From: Macrostomum lignano
Taxonomy: Eukaryota
DNA length: 64,000 nucleotides
Assembly (NCBI GenBank): GCA_002269645.1
Contig: NIVC01000004.1
Coordinates: 310,001-374,000 of the forward strand
Direction of reading: 5' to 3'
The position numbers and the translations under genes were made by a program. The notes under the pieces were generated by a model that saw nothing but the letters and a program-made list of their open reading frames with translations, made no database searches and was not told the DNA's origin. Each line of letters begins with the position of its first letter. Position 1 is the first letter of the stretch. Shown in pieces: positions 60,363 through 64,000 of the stretch.

Positions 60363-62429
60363 TTTCGCAAAATTTGTGGATAAATAAAAGCGAAAAATCC
60401 GAGCTGAAATCTCGGAGTTCGGAGCAGCCTCAAGAGGACTTGAGAACAACCAAGAACTACGAGGCTACATCTCTGAGAGAAGTAGATACCGTTCGGTATT
60501 CCTTTGTTGGAGTCTTTGTTATTCGATTACTGAGGGCTTTGTTACTGCCGGCCGTACTGATCAGTTGATTTCTATTGAGTTGTTGACTTTGAGGACCGAT
60601 TCCGACACCCTAAGACGATTTTCGATTGATTGATTTTGGCACCCTAGAGTAACCGATAGGGGCACACGACTCTGATTCCGTTATTTCTAGAAGAAGACGC
60701 CCTCTTGGAGGACCTCGTTATTGTTACAGAGTGCACTTTGTTATTACGGCGCATCTCTGATTTTGATGACTGATTTTGAAGAATACATTGACTTCGACAG
60801 ATTGAATTGTTACGATCACAAAAGTGCTCTCATACTCGGCCGCCTTCAGAATCCAAGAAACACCGGAGAAGACTACATTGAGGAGACGAGCTCTACGGAC
60901 CTGCCCGACAAAGAAGAGGAGCCCGCAATAGTAAGTGATCACTGAATTCTTTTCCCAGACTAGCGGTCTGGAAGTGGGAGTTTTTGAGTGACTGCTCACC
61001 ACTCTTAAACTCTTCATTTCTTTGTATCTGTAAAGTACACCTAATCTGCGTACGTGGAAAGCAGTGGCACCGGCTGTAGATACATTTCGACAACAACTCG
61101 TTGCAGGTGAAGCGGCCTGCAAGCTGGAGCCGATGACGTAACCGGTCGCTGAATGATTTTGCAAATAACTGTGCTGCAGGTTGCTGCTGTTCGAGCGAGT
61201 TAGACACGCGTCTGCCTACCCAAGTAAATTCCTCTGACTTGTAGCTACTCTCGTTCCTATCGAAAGTAGTGAGCTGTGAAAAATTGATTTGAAGTGAAAT
61301 GAATCCATTTTGATAGCTGTTTGCTAGCGGAACTCTTTTAGGAATCATAGTATCGTAGCGAAATGTGGCTGTAGTGTGGGTTGTTGAGGTGCAGGGGGTA
61401 GCTGGCTGGCCAAGGTTGAGTTGGGTTCGGTCAGAAGATGCAAGCTGTGTTCCCTGAGCCGCCACATTGTTATCATGCCGGTACATGTACTGCTATTACT
61501 GACATTTTTCATAAAAGAAGGCATTTTTTATCACTAATTTTCTTTGTCGTAAAGCTTTTAAGTACCAAATACAGTACCAAAAAAGTCCTGCATATGACCG
61601 AAAGACCAAGTCAAGCTTTTGGAGCATAATGGACGTTATGAGGCAAATACTTGGTATCGAATACAGCCACGAAAATCTAAGGAAAAACTGGTAGAAAATG
61701 AGCGTTGGAAAAGCTAGTCAGAATCTGTAACATATACAGAGTCTAAGAGTAACTGGGGGCAGTGTTGCTATGACAACAAGAACTAGAAGCCCGATATATT
61801 GGATAGTTGCAGATGCCGAGACCCAACTGAGAAGCGACTGCTTCACTAGCTAAATAGAATGAAATTCTTGATGAAGAGAGAAGTGGTAATTTCCATTTTA
61901 AAACAGTTATAATGGAAAATAATTGTTATACTATTAATATACAAGAAACCAGATAACTTGTAAACATTGAATACCGGCCTTGCTTACTGATCATTTTTGT
62001 CTGTGTTTTTTTGTTTTTTTTTAATGAAAACGGTTGGCAACCATTTGTAAAAAATAACCCGCTCTGGGACACGGGATTCTAGATGCAAATCTGCTAGGTA
62101 GGAGAGATGCTCAAGAGTAGCCCAGAGATGCGCGTACCAGCGGTCATATGCTGAGTTATTTAGGAAGCTCTCAGAGAAGAAGTCAGTGAGTGCTGTGCGC
62201 TGAAAAGCAACAAAATTAAATAAAGCAAAAGCAAGCCTGACTCCATGCAAGCATTTCCAGTGCAAAACAAAATCGGAATAAACTGGTAGCCTTCTCTACG
62301 TTTAATTACTCTGACTTCACATAATTTAAACATAAATTCACATAAAGCTCGCTTGATTGAGAGTAAGCGAGTTGCTGGCCACTGATCCAATGACTAAAAA
62401 TCGTAATCCGAAATCTAAATTTCTCCTGC

Positions 62430-63161
62430 TCAGTGAAACGGCGACAGGCACTCGCAGAGACCGTATTTGGCGAACGAATAGTCAGTGAGTCCGCTCTTTT
62501 TGGTATAGACAGCGAGCAAGTTCTGCCCATCACCGCCATCGTTTGGCTCACCACCGGCCCAAAGGCTCGGGTCCAAAGGGATGTTGCAGCCGACCCAGTA
62601 CCAGCCGCCATCAGGCTCCGCGCTGCCGGCCGTCTGGAAGCCTCCCAGCCACAGATCGTTACTAGGACGAAGCGACTCCACGTGGCTCATCTCTGAGCTG
62701 CTCGTCACGTCCGCCATGATCACCAGACCGCTCTCCGATTCGCATGTCGATTTTATGAGGTCCCACGAGCCGCTGACCACCCTGTACTTGACTCCACAGA
62801 AGTCGTCTCCGTATCCGGACGGACACAGCAGTCCCGCCGGCAGTCCCGGCTGCTGCCTCACGAACACCCGGCCTCGTCTCGAGCAGCCGCAGTCCCTCAC
62901 AGACTTGCTGTACTTGTTGAACTCGAACAGCTGGCACGGACCGTCGGACAGGCTGAAGGCCTGGCACTGCGGCCTCAGGCCACACAGGAAGGAGCAGTGC
63001 TCCACCGATGTAACTCCAATGACATTGTGGACGAATTCGCTATTGATGCACAGGGAGCCGTTGATGGGAGTGAATCTCAGGGAGCAGGCCTGGCTGCTCA
63101 GAGCAGAGCTCAGCAGTGAGGCGAAGACGAAGGCAGTCTTGAGGCACTCAAAATGATGCAT
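62430..63161 (-). CDS. Secreted PAN/apple + C-type lectin protein, copy L7 (243 aa)
   Basis: ATG at 63161 (MHHFECLKTAFVFAS..., signal nearly identical to L5); GEPNDG motif. Confidence 0.88.
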   Translation of the reverse strand: MHHFECLKTAFVFASLLSSALSSQACSLRFTPINGSLCINSEFVHNVIGVTSVEHCSFLCGLRPQCQAFSLSDGPCQLFEFNKYSKSVRDCGCSRRGRVFVRQQPGLPAGLLCPSGYGDDFCGVKYRVVSGSWDLIKSTCESESGLVIMADVTSSSEMSHVESLRPSNDLWLGGFQTAGSAEPDGGWYWVGCNIPLDPSLWAGGEPNDGGDGQNLLAVYTKKSGLTDYSFAKYGLCECLSPFH

Positions 63162-64000
63162 GGCTGCAGCAGGAGCTGCTTTCGCTGCAGCTTGATTGAG
63201 CTGATGTACTTTATATACATTGAGCTTTCTGGTGAGGGATGCCATTGGCTTGCAGGGCCAGAGTATATTTAGAAGTGGCAGTACTGTATTGCAGAAATAT
63301 TCTCTAGAACAATATTGTCCGTCAAATACAAGTTGTTTTAATATTTCGAGCTTCATAAACCTTTCTCAAAGTTTTTTATCAAAAGGTCGGTTCACGACGG
63401 AGCTGTGAATTTCGTGAGCAATTTTCACGCTGTAAAAATTATGGTTTAGAGGTTTAAAAAGCTTTAAAAATTAATGTTTTCGGATTAGTGATCCATTTTT
63501 ATCGTTAAAACCTTTGAAAATTTGGATATGAAGAACTTAATGAGTAACTGAGACTCAGGCTAAGAGTTGCCATGCCAACTGAAAATTTCGGCTTTTTTAA
63601 AAGATCGGGAGTTGAGAAATTTAGTCAAAAATAGCAGGAAAAAGAAACATTCATCTCATTGTTTGATTCGCAAGCGACTTGCTTGCCGAGTTTTTGCCCC
63701 CAGCTCCGCAGCTGACTGGCTCCAGAAGAGACTTCCTTCCCCTGAGGCAGCCTTTGCCCACGCGTTAAAAAACTTCAACAATGCAGCACATGCGGCAGCA
63801 AAAACTGAAGCGGCTCCTATGGCAGGCATATTGATATTTTTAGCGTTTCTCCTATCAAAAGTGCGGCTAAGGCTTCTTACTACAGAGGTACTATGACGAA
63901 ATTTTGCTTGATTCGCCATTCAATCCAGCTATTTGTGGGAGAACGTGCAGTACCAGCTTCCATAATGCTTGTATCATTTTCTCATGAGCTTCCATCATCT

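Noticed and set aside
59381-60568. 350-375 aa ORFs on both strands (MNHVAIHNEK repeats)
   Set aside because: They follow from a stop-free 30-bp period; there is no unique domain.
35103-63156. Plus-strand and alternative-frame ORFs overlapping the lectin genes
   Set aside because: Shadow ORFs of GC-rich coding sequence, repeated only because the genes are paralogs.

Overview
Eukaryotic (metazoan) genomic DNA with GC-rich exons, short GT-AG introns and very dense mini/microsatellites. The style suggests an invertebrate such as the flatworm Macrostomum; this is an inference. From 5' to 3' the window holds: the 3' end of an upstream gene; a complete 16-exon TBC1D32/Broad-minded gene (1403-13705, +, about 1343 aa, one probable GC-AG intron, a different tandem repeat in most long introns); a DD34D mariner with one nonsense codon; a hAT-like MITE; a 15-bp satellite; a decayed R1/LOA-type LINE; a (TCAG)n tract; an intronless GT10 alpha-1,3-fucosyltransferase; a satellite built from a tiny 8-bp-TSD MITE; two paralogous multi-TM genes with acidic tails (one disrupted); six intact plus one broken intronless secreted PAN/apple + C-type-lectin genes (all minus strand) whose modules look shuffled; Tc1 and RTE remnants; a candidate hammerhead ribozyme; and a 7-exon Mx/dynamin-like GTPase whose last exon needs a -1 frameshift at an A_AAA_AAG heptamer. 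No CRISPR, rRNA or bona fide tRNA gene was found. All alignments were done by eye against remembered family motifs; no database search was run.
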